64,000 nucleotides of DNA from Thermoplasmata archaeon (GTDB taxonomy: Archaea; Thermoplasmatota; Thermoplasmata; Lutacidiplasmatales; UBA184). The notes under the pieces are model-generated. The model saw only the letters and a list, made by a program, of their open reading frames with translations, was not told where the DNA came from and ran no database searches. The translations under genes and the position numbers were made by a program. This document shows positions 1 to 8,900 of the stretch, one piece after another (within the stretch, counting starts at the first letter, position 1; every line of letters starts with the position of its first letter). The stretch is from the NCBI GenBank assembly GCA_022750375.1, contig JAKIVU010000001.1, forward strand, positions 30,695-94,694. Direction: 5' to 3'.

Positions 1-636
1 GCTCGGGTGAGCCGTGACTCCGAGGACGAGCGTCGCATCCTCCAGAACCAAGTCGACAACCTTCGGGCGTACTGCTCGAGAATCGGACTCTCCCTAACCG
101 AAGCAAACGAATTCGTCGAGATCGTTTCGGGAGGGAAGGACGACCGCCCCGAACTGAACCGTCTCCTCGCGGCCGCCAGTCTCCAACGAGGGCGGCCGTT
201 CGACGTCGTCGTGTTCACGAGCTTGAGCCGAATGACCAGGGGTGGGATCGGGAGCGCACTCTACATCCTCGACCGCCTTGCCGCCTCGAAGGTGAGCTGG
301 CACTTCGTGGATCAGCCGCTACTCAACTTCGATTCAAACACTCCAAAGCTCGCGAAGGACATCATCCTCAGCGTTCTCGCCGCCGTCGACGCGGACTACC
401 GCGACCGGATCTCCAAAGCGACGAGGGCGGCGTATCAGAGCCGAGTGAATCTTGCCGCCGGTTCCGGTACGACGGTTCGGTGGGGACGCCACAAGAAGAC
501 CTGCGTTTGCGAAAGGTGCGCGAAGCGACGCGGGGAAATGGGGTCCCCCCCTCTCCATTCTCGTCCGGGATCGGCTAAGGAAATAGGGGCTATTTCCCCG
601 ACAGCGACCCAACCCCTATCGGCTCTTCGGACGTGA
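1..636 (+). CDS. Serine recombinase (resolvase/invertase catalytic domain), 5'-truncated by window edge; Cys-containing C-terminal tail instead of an HTH
   Basis: The window opens in frame with ARVSRDSEDE (catalytic Ser context). Downstream resolvase-type motifs are IVSGGKDDRPELNRLL, VVVFTSLSRMTR and the E-helix RDRISKATRAAYQ. A C-terminal HTH is absent, which is consistent with an IS607-like or small serine recombinase whose HTH is N-terminal and upstream of the window. Confidence 0.75.
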   Translation, partial: ARVSRDSEDERRILQNQVDNLRAYCSRIGLSLTEANEFVEIVSGGKDDRPELNRLLAAASLQRGRPFDVVVFTSLSRMTRGGIGSALYILDRLAASKVSWHFVDQPLLNFDSNTPKLAKDIILSVLAAVDADYRDRISKATRAAYQSRVNLAAGSGTTVRWGRHKKTCVCERCAKRRGEMGSPPLHSRPGSAKEIGAISPTATQPLSALRT

Positions 637-890
637 TACCACCGATGGGGAACGTCTACGTCGCGGTCGGGTTCGCGGCGTTCGCGTCGGTCCTCGAGAT
701 CGTCCTCGTCGTGCTATCCGAGCCACTCTTCATCTTGGTCACGGTCGGTCTCGTACTCGTCGCGACGGACTTGCTATTCGTCAGCTGGCATCCTTACGCG
801 GTCCTCACGAGCCTCGGGATCTACATCTTCGCCGTGATCGTCGGTCTCGTCGGTTTCAGCGTGCTCGACCTCATTCTCAACGTGGTTTGA
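633..890 (+). CDS. Small hydrophobic membrane protein, hypothetical
   Basis: The 85-aa ORF is almost entirely hydrophobic (2-3 TM). Its GTG start overlaps the recombinase stop as GTGA, giving translational coupling. Confidence 0.4.
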   Translation: MIPPMGNVYVAVGFAAFASVLEIVLVVLSEPLFILVTVGLVLVATDLLFVSWHPYAVLTSLGIYIFAVIVGLVGFSVLDLILNVV

Positions 891-1255
891 GGGAGCACGA
901 AGGAACGATGAGCTTCGAAAAGGGATCCGTCCACATCGAGATCGGTTGGGCCGAACTCTCGCAAGATTCAGACCCCGAGACCAGAGTGATGCGACTCGCG
1001 ATCGACGAAATCCAGGGGAAGTTCCACTACGCCGATGACGAAGCCCAGTACGTCGCCGATGACCCGGGGTTTCAAGAGTCCTGCCGGAACGCAGTTCGTG
1101 AGGCTCGTCGCCGGCAGTATCGACTCGATCGAAAGGCTCAGCCGTTGCCGGCGGGCACCGTTCCGAACCCGGCCGCCCAGCGCTTCCGAGTCAAGATCAC
1201 TTTTCCCCGTCCCGGGACGAGAGGGATTTTTCAGAGGGTCTTGACAGAGGACTAG
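887..1255 (+). CDS. Hypothetical protein
   Basis: The ORF overlaps the upstream stop by 4 nt, with a TTG or downstream ATG (908) start. No recognisable motif. Confidence 0.3.
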   Translation: MREHEGTMSFEKGSVHIEIGWAELSQDSDPETRVMRLAIDEIQGKFHYADDEAQYVADDPGFQESCRNAVREARRRQYRLDRKAQPLPAGTVPNPAAQRFRVKITFPRPGTRGIFQRVLTED

Positions 1256-1294
1256 TTCGCCGGTACCTGTGAGCGGGACGCGATCTCCGTTCGA

Positions 1295-2230
1295 TCACTC
1301 GTCCGTCTCGGTCTCCGGCACGGACCTAATCCCCTTCGGTCCCCTGGCTCCGGCTAACGAAACGATCGCGGCTCGGTTAGCGATTTCGTAGGCCCGCTTG
1401 ATCAGTTCCGGAACGAGACCTTCGAACTCATCGATGTGTTCGCGTAACGACTTCGCGAATGCCGGAAGCGCCCGTTCGGTGGCGACCTGGACCAGGATCG
1501 ACGGCTCGGAGAAACCGATCCGCTCAACGAGGATCGAGGCGTAGCCGGGTCCGGCCTTTAGTTCGAAGTCATCACCATCGCCGAGCCGAACCTCGAACAA
1601 CTCCCCATCGAGGACGAGGACCGGGAGAACCAGTCCTCGGTTTGCGGCGCCGCCCTGTGTCGACAGAATCGCGAGAGCCGCGTCGATTACCTGAGCGACC
1701 TTATCTCGCCAGGGTTCGTCCGCCTCGGGCAAATCGTCCTTAGCCTCCCGGTCCTTTGACTTGCCGGCGTGGAATCCAACTTGCCGGATCCCGTACCCGA
1801 ATGGTGATGGGAACGTGATTAAGTTCGGCGGAACGCCCTCCTCGTCCAGGTACTCAGCGATTGCCTTCCCCATGTAGTAGGACGCCCCGGTCCAGAGCCT
1901 GGCGTCCCATTCGGCGAAGAGGCTCGAGTCCGGACCATCGTGCGGGAAGATGATCCACGGTTGGTCCGCCGAGTAGACGCACTCGAACACGCAGTTTACG
2001 GTGAACTCGACGTCGGGCGATCCCCGATGAAGGACGTCCTGCGTCCGAATGTCAATCTCGCGGAACTTGCCGGTCGACTCGCTCCGGTAGCTCGGCCACC
2101 GAGACACGTCCGAGAATCCAGCCTGCCGGAGTGTGCGAGCAGTTCGAATCTCGAGAGGATACCCGGTCTTTCTGAGCCAAGCCTCGGCCATCTTCTGCAG
2201 GTCTTCGGTCGAGGGACGCACAGTCGACAT
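1295..2230 (-). CDS. Hypothetical protein, possible restriction-endonuclease-like fold (fourth gene of a minus-strand operon)
   Basis: The 311-aa ORF has N-terminal pattern GKFREIDIRTQDV ... PDVEFTVNCVFECVYS, which resembles the D ... (D/E)xK-like beta-strand core of PD-(D/E)xK / NERD / Hjc-type nucleases without a canonical Lys. The rest is unknown. Confidence 0.45.
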   Translation of the reverse strand: MSTVRPSTEDLQKMAEAWLRKTGYPLEIRTARTLRQAGFSDVSRWPSYRSESTGKFREIDIRTQDVLHRGSPDVEFTVNCVFECVYSADQPWIIFPHDGPDSSLFAEWDARLWTGASYYMGKAIAEYLDEEGVPPNLITFPSPFGYGIRQVGFHAGKSKDREAKDDLPEADEPWRDKVAQVIDAALAILSTQGGAANRGLVLPVLVLDGELFEVRLGDGDDFELKAGPGYASILVERIGFSEPSILVQVATERALPAFAKSLREHIDEFEGLVPELIKRAYEIANRAAIVSLAGARGPKGIRSVPETETDE

Positions 2231-2317
2231 GGGTCGTGCCCGAGCCCGGAGAAGGTAGACGCCCGCATTCAGTTTGCGGGCGGCCCGTCTGTGGTAAGAA
2301 TCGGACCGTCGAGGTCG

Positions 2318-2911
2318 CTAGAGTCGAAATTTGTTGGAGACCTCTATCGGGAACGGACCCAGGTTGTACTGCCTTCCGTTGAAACTGTCGAGGTAGATGA
2401 AAATCAAAATCTCAGTAGTTCCCTCCCTCTTCGGCAATAATGAGACCTCAAGCTCCTGTTGGTCACGCCCGCTGAGAGGGAAGGTGGTGACCGGCTGATT
2501 GCTCGGGTGCAGAAGAATCTCGGCTGGCCCGAGAAGGTCTCCGTAATAGATCGCCGAAGGGTCCTTTTTCCTGGTTCGGGGAGGATCACCGTACCCCACT
2601 CCGACCGTCCTCGTTTGGCGGCCAAGGTTGTCGACCCTAAGCTGGAAGTGGACCCGTGACTGAGGGTGTACGTTCAGGTGTTTCGAGAGAACCGTAGTCC
2701 GGAGAACGTCTCCGGTACGCTCGGCCCATCTCGTTCGGAGATACTCGCCACCACCCGCCAAGATGAAAATGATGACCGAGACGATCAATCCGACGATGAA
2801 GTAAACTAAGTCAGCCGTCCCGCCCCCAAAGCTGCCAGTATCGGTCACGAGCCCACCGGATGATGGTTCAAGGAACTGGCCGGGTTCGCTTCCTGCGGGT
2901 CTTCGGAGCAC
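2318..2911 (-). CDS. Membrane-anchored hypothetical protein (N-terminal TM, extracytoplasmic C-terminal domain)
   Basis: One strong TM helix (LVYFIVGLIVSVIIFILAG) sits near the N-terminus. An alternative GTG start at 2848 would leave a 19-nt gap to the upstream gene. Confidence 0.45.
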   Translation of the reverse strand: MLRRPAGSEPGQFLEPSSGGLVTDTGSFGGGTADLVYFIVGLIVSVIIFILAGGGEYLRTRWAERTGDVLRTTVLSKHLNVHPQSRVHFQLRVDNLGRQTRTVGVGYGDPPRTRKKDPSAIYYGDLLGPAEILLHPSNQPVTTFPLSGRDQQELEVSLLPKREGTTEILIFIYLDSFNGRQYNLGPFPIEVSNKFRL

Positions 2912-3854
2912 TCGAAGGTTTCAGAGGACGGAGCGGCTTCGCCCGAGCGATGGCCCTCGCCGGTGCGGCGAAGGCCGGCTCGATCTGACTCCACGTCGCT
3001 CTGACCTTGGCCTCCACGGTAGGCTCGTCCAAGCTGGCGGTGAGTCGGTTGATCCCGTCGAACAGGTCACCCAACCCGATCACTTTTGAGATTTCGCGTA
3101 ACTCGCTCTCGTCGGGCATCGTGAACAATATTCCACCATACTTTCGGAGTCCGTCGGCTACGCCTTGAAGTGTTTTGGGAAACGGAAGCCCCTCCGGCAG
3201 CTTTTCGGGGATGCTTGTTAGCGGGGCGTCGAGTAGACTGAGGAAGACGATCGGGCGAACCGAACCCTCAGTCGTGAGCATCAGCATGGTCTTCGGGGGG
3301 AGTCTGCCATCAGCCCGAAGTAGGCCGATGGCCTTCGATAGTTGAGTCGTGTCGTCCAGCTCGACCTTCGTCATACTCTCGAGCAGGGTCCCTATCGACA
3401 GATCTGCGTCGGCAAGCGGCTCTCCGGTCTTGACCTCAGTGTGGGGAACAAGGTCAGCCGGAACGAGGAAGCCCTCGGCGGCCTCCCGCCGGAGCTTCGG
3501 AGTCAGGAACCTTGCCAGGGGCTCGTCGAGAGTCCCGGACTTCAGACTCTCGATCAGGGTCTCCTTGTCCACGCGCGCGATCCGACCGACGCCTTTCGCT
3601 TCGAGGTGGATATCTCCGGTCGGGTGGATTGAGAGTTTCAGAGGGTTCGGAACCAAACCGGGCATCATGAAGACGTAAAGACTCTCGTCGCGCGCCCGAA
3701 CAGTCTTCGTGAGTCGAAGCCCCAGTGGCGGAGAACCGTCCTTCGGCGGATTCGCCACAATCCGAAAGTCACTCTTGTCCTTGACCATCGCTTCTCCTCC
3801 CGAATCGCTACCGATCGAGACAGAACGTCGACTTGTTCTTCCGAACGATATCAT
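2868..3854 (-). CDS. Hypothetical protein with basic C-terminal tail (probable start at 3788)
   Basis: Long ORF with balanced composition. The C-terminus KPLRPLKPSSAPKTRRKRTRPVP is Lys/Arg/Pro rich. The internal Met (MVKDKSDF) at 3788 removes the overlap with the upstream gene. Confidence 0.5.
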   Translation of the reverse strand: MISFGRTSRRSVSIGSDSGGEAMVKDKSDFRIVANPPKDGSPPLGLRLTKTVRARDESLYVFMMPGLVPNPLKLSIHPTGDIHLEAKGVGRIARVDKETLIESLKSGTLDEPLARFLTPKLRREAAEGFLVPADLVPHTEVKTGEPLADADLSIGTLLESMTKVELDDTTQLSKAIGLLRADGRLPPKTMLMLTTEGSVRPIVFLSLLDAPLTSIPEKLPEGLPFPKTLQGVADGLRKYGGILFTMPDESELREISKVIGLGDLFDGINRLTASLDEPTVEAKVRATWSQIEPAFAAPARAIARAKPLRPLKPSSAPKTRRKRTRPVP

Positions 3855-4350
3855 CCGAATAATGACCTCCCCGGTTAGCCGGAGAAGCGACTACCCGGTA
3901 CGCGACGTGCCCGAACCGTTGTTCTGCGTTCCGAATCTTCGCGGTGAGATCGGGAGCCCAGTTCTTTCCTCCCCATCTCGCCGACACCTTGTTCTGCCCG
4001 CTCCTGAGCCACTCGATGACCATGCCGTCTCCTATGATCTCGAGGTTCTCGCCCGAACGAGCGGGCCGATTTTTCTCGAGTGCATAATAAACCGCGACGA
4101 AATCCGAACCCTCGTTTCCCTTCATGTACGACCCTTTGGCTGCTTGATCGAACGGAGCAAGGTCGAAGTTGACGATGTCGCTCATGGCAAGCGTGGTGTG
4201 AGACTGAAGAAACTCCCGCTCAACGGGGACGGATACAGACTCAAGCTCCGGCTCCATGGTCTCGGCCACGAAGACCATCACTCGTTCTCCGGGATCGGGG
4301 CTACCAGATGGTCCGGAGTCGACCCAAATCCGTCGTGGGCGTGGCGGCAT
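3808..4350 (-). CDS. Hypothetical cytoplasmic protein (first gene of minus-strand operon)
   Basis: 180-aa ORF with no TM. It is co-oriented and tightly spaced with the three genes downstream. Confidence 0.45.
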   Translation of the reverse strand: MPPRPRRIWVDSGPSGSPDPGERVMVFVAETMEPELESVSVPVEREFLQSHTTLAMSDIVNFDLAPFDQAAKGSYMKGNEGSDFVAVYYALEKNRPARSGENLEIIGDGMVIEWLRSGQNKVSARWGGKNWAPDLTAKIRNAEQRFGHVAYRVVASPANRGGHYSDDIVRKNKSTFCLDR

Positions 4351-4436
4351 GCTCTGACGGCGTAATCCTCGGTTGGCTATTCAAACACCCGGTCGCCGGG
4401 CGTCAAGTGCTTTAGGAGGAACCGGAGTCGGGAGGC

Positions 4437-4919
4437 ATGGATTGGGCCTCATTTGCGGAAGGGTTAGTCGCCGGGGTCCTCCTAACCACCGTAAGCGGCT
4501 TCCTCGTGAACTTTCTGCAACCGCTCGCCCTTCACTACGGGAAGAAGCTCCTCCCGTCGAAGCCGGCACAGAAGCAACAAGTGAAGGCCGAGATCGAACG
4601 CGAAGGCCCAAAGGCCGACTTCGACCTTGTCGAATCAGTAGCAAAGATTGTTGGTACCGCGCTGCAAGAGTTCGTCACAGAGATGGAACCGTTCTTCTCC
4701 GCGTGGATCCAGGCGACCAGTGGCTTCGCGACCGGCGTGAGCGCGATCGTTGTGGCCGCAGAGTTCCTCTCGGTCCTCCTGATCGGTGAGTACCTCGGCG
4801 TCGACGTTGTCGGGCTTGTGCTCGGCCTGGCCGCGAGCGTGATGGTTGTAGGGGCGATCGAAGTCGGGCTCGCAGAGCGGATGTTTCGGAAGGCGAAACT
4901 CGGACCGAACCCGAAGTAG
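4437..4919 (+). CDS. Hypothetical membrane protein
   Basis: The 160-aa ORF has an N-terminal TM and a C-terminal double TM (SAIVVAAEFLSVLLIG ... LVLGLAASVMVVGAI) with a charged middle. It immediately precedes the AAA+ gene. Confidence 0.4.
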   Translation: MDWASFAEGLVAGVLLTTVSGFLVNFLQPLALHYGKKLLPSKPAQKQQVKAEIEREGPKADFDLVESVAKIVGTALQEFVTEMEPFFSAWIQATSGFATGVSAIVVAAEFLSVLLIGEYLGVDVVGLVLGLAASVMVVGAIEVGLAERMFRKAKLGPNPK

Positions 4920-4934
4920 GACCAATTCGGCAGG

Positions 4935-5801
4935 TTGCGGGAGGACATCCAGATGAATTTCGACTTTCGACCACGGAACCTGGATGAGGTGCTGGGCCAG
5001 CCCAAGGCCGTCGCGATCCTGCGCAAGGTTGTCGCGTCGCTCAACCGGGGCGTGTCACCGTCAAACGCACTTTTCTTCGAAGGCCCGCCCGGTACCGGTA
5101 AGACTAGCACCGCGTATGCACTCGCGGGCGAGATAACGAACTCAACCGTCTGGGAGCGGAACTGTGGGGAGTCGACTGCCGTCAGTCTTCGTGAGGAGCT
5201 AGAGTCAATCGCTGGTCATCGGGACTGGAATGACGGCAACTCTCGGCTGATCGTTCTCCTTGACGAGTTCGAGCGGATCACGAAGAATGATCGGATTTCG
5301 CTTCGAAGGCCCCTCGAGCTGGCTGCCTCCCATGCACTCATTGTGATAACGGCGAACGAAGAGATTGGTGATCCCGGCCTCGAGTCTCGAACTCGGCTCG
5401 TCGAGTTTGTTCGACTTGACGATGGGGCCAGTCGCGCCCTTATCGCTCGAGTGTCCTCGCGTCTCGGTCTCCGTCCTTCGGAGGCAGCGATTCTATCCGT
5501 CATTCGGGACAGCAAAGGGGACGGGCGGGCGATTCTCGACAACATCCGAATAGTCGAAGAGGACCTCCTCGCCGAGCCCATGCCGGCACCATCTGCCGAA
5601 GAACCGCTCGGTCGGTCGAAGGGGGGTCGGAAGAGGGCCGACGTCGACGCTGAGCGATGTGCCGAGCTTCGACGACAGGGAATGTCGTGGACGCAGATTG
5701 GCAAGTCGGTGGGTCACCCGGCGTCCACGGTACGAGATCGTGTGCTCGAAAAGTACCCCGACCTAGCGGGAACCCCCTCCGGGAACCCTTCCGGAAACTA
5801 G
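4935..5801 (+). CDS. AAA+ ATPase, RFC/clamp-loader-like core fused to a C-terminal HTH domain
   Basis: Walker A is GPPGTGKTS, Walker B is IVLLDEFERI, sensor-1-like is VITANEE, and GDGRAILDNI resembles the RFC small-subunit GDMRxAxNxL motif. The C-terminal ELRRQGMSWTQIGKSVGHPASTVRDRV is a sigma-70 r4 / LuxR-like HTH. Confidence 0.7.
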   Translation: MREDIQMNFDFRPRNLDEVLGQPKAVAILRKVVASLNRGVSPSNALFFEGPPGTGKTSTAYALAGEITNSTVWERNCGESTAVSLREELESIAGHRDWNDGNSRLIVLLDEFERITKNDRISLRRPLELAASHALIVITANEEIGDPGLESRTRLVEFVRLDDGASRALIARVSSRLGLRPSEAAILSVIRDSKGDGRAILDNIRIVEEDLLAEPMPAPSAEEPLGRSKGGRKRADVDAERCAELRRQGMSWTQIGKSVGHPASTVRDRVLEKYPDLAGTPSGNPSGN

Positions 5802-5850
5802 CGAATCGGGGTTTCCGGAGGGGATTCCGGTATAGGTTTCCGGAGAGCGG
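5779..5850. repeat. Cluster of TTCCGG(A) half-palindromes including two exact GGTTTCCGGAG copies 25 bp apart
   Basis: Read directly in the sequence: tccggga(5779), ttccggaa(5789), ggtttccggag(5810-5820), ttccgg(5825), ggtttccggag(5835-5845). The cluster straddles the stop of the AAA+/HTH gene. Confidence 0.5.
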
Positions 5851-6016
5851 TCAGGCCCGCCTCCGTTCGGTCCGTTCCTTCCGGCTACGCGACGGGTCTA
5901 TCGCCTCTCGACTCTGATGTAACGTCTCACCCGGTCGGACCCCGGAGACGAGAGGACATCCGGTGAGTCGACCCTCCACGGGGAATCTGTCGATGGGGTT
6001 TCTTCCTGGCATCGAG

Positions 6017-7279
6017 CTACCTCTTCGCCGTCCGAAGGGCAACCTTCGCTCGATTGCAGAGAAGGCGGACGGCTGCGCGGGACACCCGAATTCTCTTTTC
6101 GTCAAGGAAGACCTCGACGTCACCCATCGAAAGCCTGGTCAGACCCCTCTCCTCGGCCCAAGCAACACACTCGGCGACTAGCGGTTCGATTCGGGTCCGC
6201 TCTTCTTCGGCAAGGCTCGCACTCAGGTCCATCGATAAGTCGTCTGCGATTTTCTGGACCAGAAGATCGAGAGGAGAGCCATCGTGAGGAACTCCCGGGA
6301 ATAATCCGGCCGCCGGGGCTGGTAGCTCTAACTTCGTGGAGAGGAATCGGCGGAAACCCTGTTCGATAGAGAATCGACTCGTCTCGAGCGGGCCCGGGCG
6401 CTGTTTCATCCCGGCGACGAACTCCTGAACGAACTCGTCTTTCCGAGTAGTCAGCGTCTCGAGAGCCCCCGAGTTGTCGGTATTGGGTTGCTCGTCGGCC
6501 TCTTCTTCGTCGATCCCCGCCCATTCGGCGGTCTTCAGTAAGACATGGAATTCGCCGTCAAACAGGAAGGCGAGTTCGACGAGCCAAGTCTCCCCGACGT
6601 GCTTCGCCCGCTCCGGATTCTCGTCGCCTTGACCAACTATCGCCTCGTTCAGGTATAGTACTTTGGCCCCGATCTTCTTCGCGAGAGTCAGAAATTCGGT
6701 CGCGTCCTCGCCCGACCAAGTTACAGCCTCCTCGGTCGGGAGGTTCCCTCGGAAAGGGAAGATTGGAAGCTCGGCCGCCTTACGCACATCGTCGGCGAGT
6801 TCGCTTAGGGTTCCACGATCCTTGGCCACGGTATCAAACCCGGAATGGCAGACTTCCCCTTCAAGCGCTCGGTCGGGAACTGCCCCGTCGATGACCTGGC
6901 CGCCGATACCGATGTTGAGGGCTTGGAGAAACTCGGGCGATAGACTCGAAAGGGCGAGGCGCTCAAGAGAATGCGGCTCTATCTCGACCTCAGCGTCGAC
7001 ACAGGAATCCGGCTGGACTACACGTCCCAAAAGAACGGAGGCGCTGAATGCTTCGCCCGCTCGATCATCTCCTGGATAGATGGCAACTTGCCGAAATCGA
7101 CGGTCGGCGGCGTCATGATCCACCAAACTCGCTGCCCGGATAACCTCGCAGCCGGGGATGTGACGTCGCGGACCCGATAACGGGCGGTATGAAGGTCTCG
7201 ATTGAAAACGTCGCGCGACTCGATCTCGACGATATAATCCATCGCCGGGTAGGGCGACTGGATCGTAACGTCCCACCAC
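6017..7279 (-). CDS. Hypothetical protein (start uncertain; ORF N-terminus overlaps the upstream gene by about 260 nt)
   Basis: Long ORF with acidic stretches and no recognisable motif. The true start is probably internal, since the first ~87 aa are Arg-rich and overlap ORF 7018-7809. Confidence 0.4.
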   Translation of the reverse strand: MVGRYDPVALPGDGLYRRDRVARRFQSRPSYRPLSGPRRHIPGCEVIRAASLVDHDAADRRFRQVAIYPGDDRAGEAFSASVLLGRVVQPDSCVDAEVEIEPHSLERLALSSLSPEFLQALNIGIGGQVIDGAVPDRALEGEVCHSGFDTVAKDRGTLSELADDVRKAAELPIFPFRGNLPTEEAVTWSGEDATEFLTLAKKIGAKVLYLNEAIVGQGDENPERAKHVGETWLVELAFLFDGEFHVLLKTAEWAGIDEEEADEQPNTDNSGALETLTTRKDEFVQEFVAGMKQRPGPLETSRFSIEQGFRRFLSTKLELPAPAAGLFPGVPHDGSPLDLLVQKIADDLSMDLSASLAEEERTRIEPLVAECVAWAEERGLTRLSMGDVEVFLDEKRIRVSRAAVRLLCNRAKVALRTAKR

Positions 7280-7809
7280 TCGTCCGGGTCGGGATCGAGG
7301 TACGTCCGGTATGCCCCAACAGTACCCGTCGTCGGCGCCTTGAGATTCGCCTTACGGACGAGCGCCTTTGCTTCGACAGTTTCCGGGAACATGAACCATG
7401 TAAACTTGACGTCCTTCGCGACCCCCGGTCCTAGGTTTCGAATTGCCAGTCTGGGGCCTTCCAAGCCGGGGCCAGTTGTCGGGCCAGGCGGACCGGCTCC
7501 AAGAGCTAGAGTAGCGAGCACCGGACTCGGTCGATGAGAGGCCCTGGTTGTGTCGATCGAGCTGACCGCGGAGACGAGTCCAGCGAATGCCAGCGCAAGC
7601 GTCCCGGTAGCGAGCAACGCCTCGACCTGGTCCGAGATTGAAACCGGCGGTAACCAACCCGCGGGCCAGTGCCAACCCGCATCGAGACCGAAAATCAGAG
7701 CGACAATCTGACCGATGATTGCGAGACCTAGGATCGCAGCGAACTGCGCCCGGTTTTTGTAGAGCCACTCGTCGGCTTCCCGACGACCGAGCCAATCCCA
7801 GAGTCCCAC
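7018..7809 (-). CDS. Hypothetical membrane protein
   Basis: The N-terminal region has 2-3 TM helices (FAAILGLAIIGQIVALIFGL, LATGTLALAFAGLVSAV), followed by a soluble domain. Confidence 0.45.
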   Translation of the reverse strand: MGLWDWLGRREADEWLYKNRAQFAAILGLAIIGQIVALIFGLDAGWHWPAGWLPPVSISDQVEALLATGTLALAFAGLVSAVSSIDTTRASHRPSPVLATLALGAGPPGPTTGPGLEGPRLAIRNLGPGVAKDVKFTWFMFPETVEAKALVRKANLKAPTTGTVGAYRTYLDPDPDEWWDVTIQSPYPAMDYIVEIESRDVFNRDLHTARYRVRDVTSPAARLSGQRVWWIMTPPTVDFGKLPSIQEMIERAKHSAPPFFWDV

Positions 7810-8047
7810 GTCGGCCGATTGGTGCCACCGACTTCAACCTGCCGCCGGCCTCGTCCCAGCCGAACGGAGGCGTCGGCTGTCGGAGGTGGCCGATCCGACT
7901 ACAGGGACCCGGTTTAATCCCGCACTGACCCCCAAATCGACGGCGTGGCGGGTTTTGACCCCAAAAACGGGGTGTGGGGCCCCCCGAGTCCAGAGACGAC
8001 CCCGTGTGGGTCTATTCTCGTCCCTTCCGGACCATGGGGGCCTTCGC

Positions 8048-8512
8048 TTACGGTTCGCGATTGCCGCGCTTGGCGGCCTCGTAAACGACGCCGATGATGA
8101 CAGCTGCGGCGAGCCAGCAGAGAAGCGCGAAAACGAGCGGCGAGACCCCGATTTCGGACGCGAGCCCTTCGGATAGTGTACGGTCGAACAGGAGCCAAAG
8201 TTCGATTGCGACCACCACGACGAAGACGAACGCGAAGCCGACCCAATCCGCCAGGCCCACAGACTGCCCAAGATGGATTCGAATACTGGACTTTGAAGGT
8301 ACTGTTCGATGATCGGAGGTCGTCGGGCGTTTGCAGGCCTTAGAATCGTCAGCGAGAACCTTGGGATTATGGCGGGACCGCTTTCCCGCAGTAGGAACAG
8401 AACCCGCCGGCCCTCTGGCCCCCCACTCCCCCAGGCGGGGCTGATTCGAATGGTCGGTGACGCTGCGCGAGACTTTCGCCGATGACTGGTCCCCACGGAG
8501 TTCCCGTGGCAT
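8048..8512 (-). CDS. Hypothetical membrane protein (possibly only the C-terminal about 65 aa; GTG start near 8255)
   Basis: The C-terminus has two TM helices. The 5' part overlaps the zinc-ribbon ORF in another frame, suggesting either a shorter gene or a frameshifted relic. Confidence 0.3.
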   Translation of the reverse strand: MPRELRGDQSSAKVSRSVTDHSNQPRLGEWGARGPAGSVPTAGKRSRHNPKVLADDSKACKRPTTSDHRTVPSKSSIRIHLGQSVGLADWVGFAFVFVVVVAIELWLLFDRTLSEGLASEIGVSPLVFALLCWLAAAVIIGVVYEAAKRGNREP

Positions 8513-8600
8513 TCATACGCAGAAGGAGATACCCTCGCATGGCCCGAAAGCGATTCGCGTACATTTCTAGCGGCGACACGGCCTTCAAGCTCGGCGTCAA
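8367..8600 (-). CDS. Small protein with C-terminal zinc-ribbon (GGFCSYCGKAVPP), paralog of 9241-9624 C-terminus
   Basis: The C-terminal FCSYCGK motif, and about 45 nt of DNA encoding it, is nearly identical to 9246-9294. Confidence 0.35.
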   Translation of the reverse strand: MTPSLKAVSPLEMYANRFRAMRGYLLLRMNATGTPWGPVIGESLAQRHRPFESAPPGGVGGQRAGGFCSYCGKAVPP

Positions 8601-8784
8601 GGGGATTGAGATCTACATCTCGGCCGCCGATCACCCGAACAAGAAGGAGGCAGTAGTTGGAACGCTCTTCGTCGCGAAGGCGGGGATTCGTTGGCTCCCG
8701 AAGAGAGGGAAGGCAGTCCTCAAGGGAAAGCACGTGGCGGGCTACAAAATCTCTTGGGACGAACTGACCGCGATGGTCCCGTAG
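8541..8784 (+). CDS. Hypothetical small basic protein
   Basis: MARKRFAYISSGDTAFKLGVKGIEIYISAADHPNKKEAVVG... has clean composition. ORF track entry is 8482-8784; the internal Met at 8541 is preferred. Confidence 0.35.
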
Positions 8785-8900
8785 TCGGGCCGTCCGACCC
8801 CTCCACAGAAGGGTGAACCGTCCGACGACGGAGCCGGTCCTCTGGTTCGACCTCGCGATCTAGGTATCTCCCGTTCAGCGTTCGGCGGGGATTGACGGAC

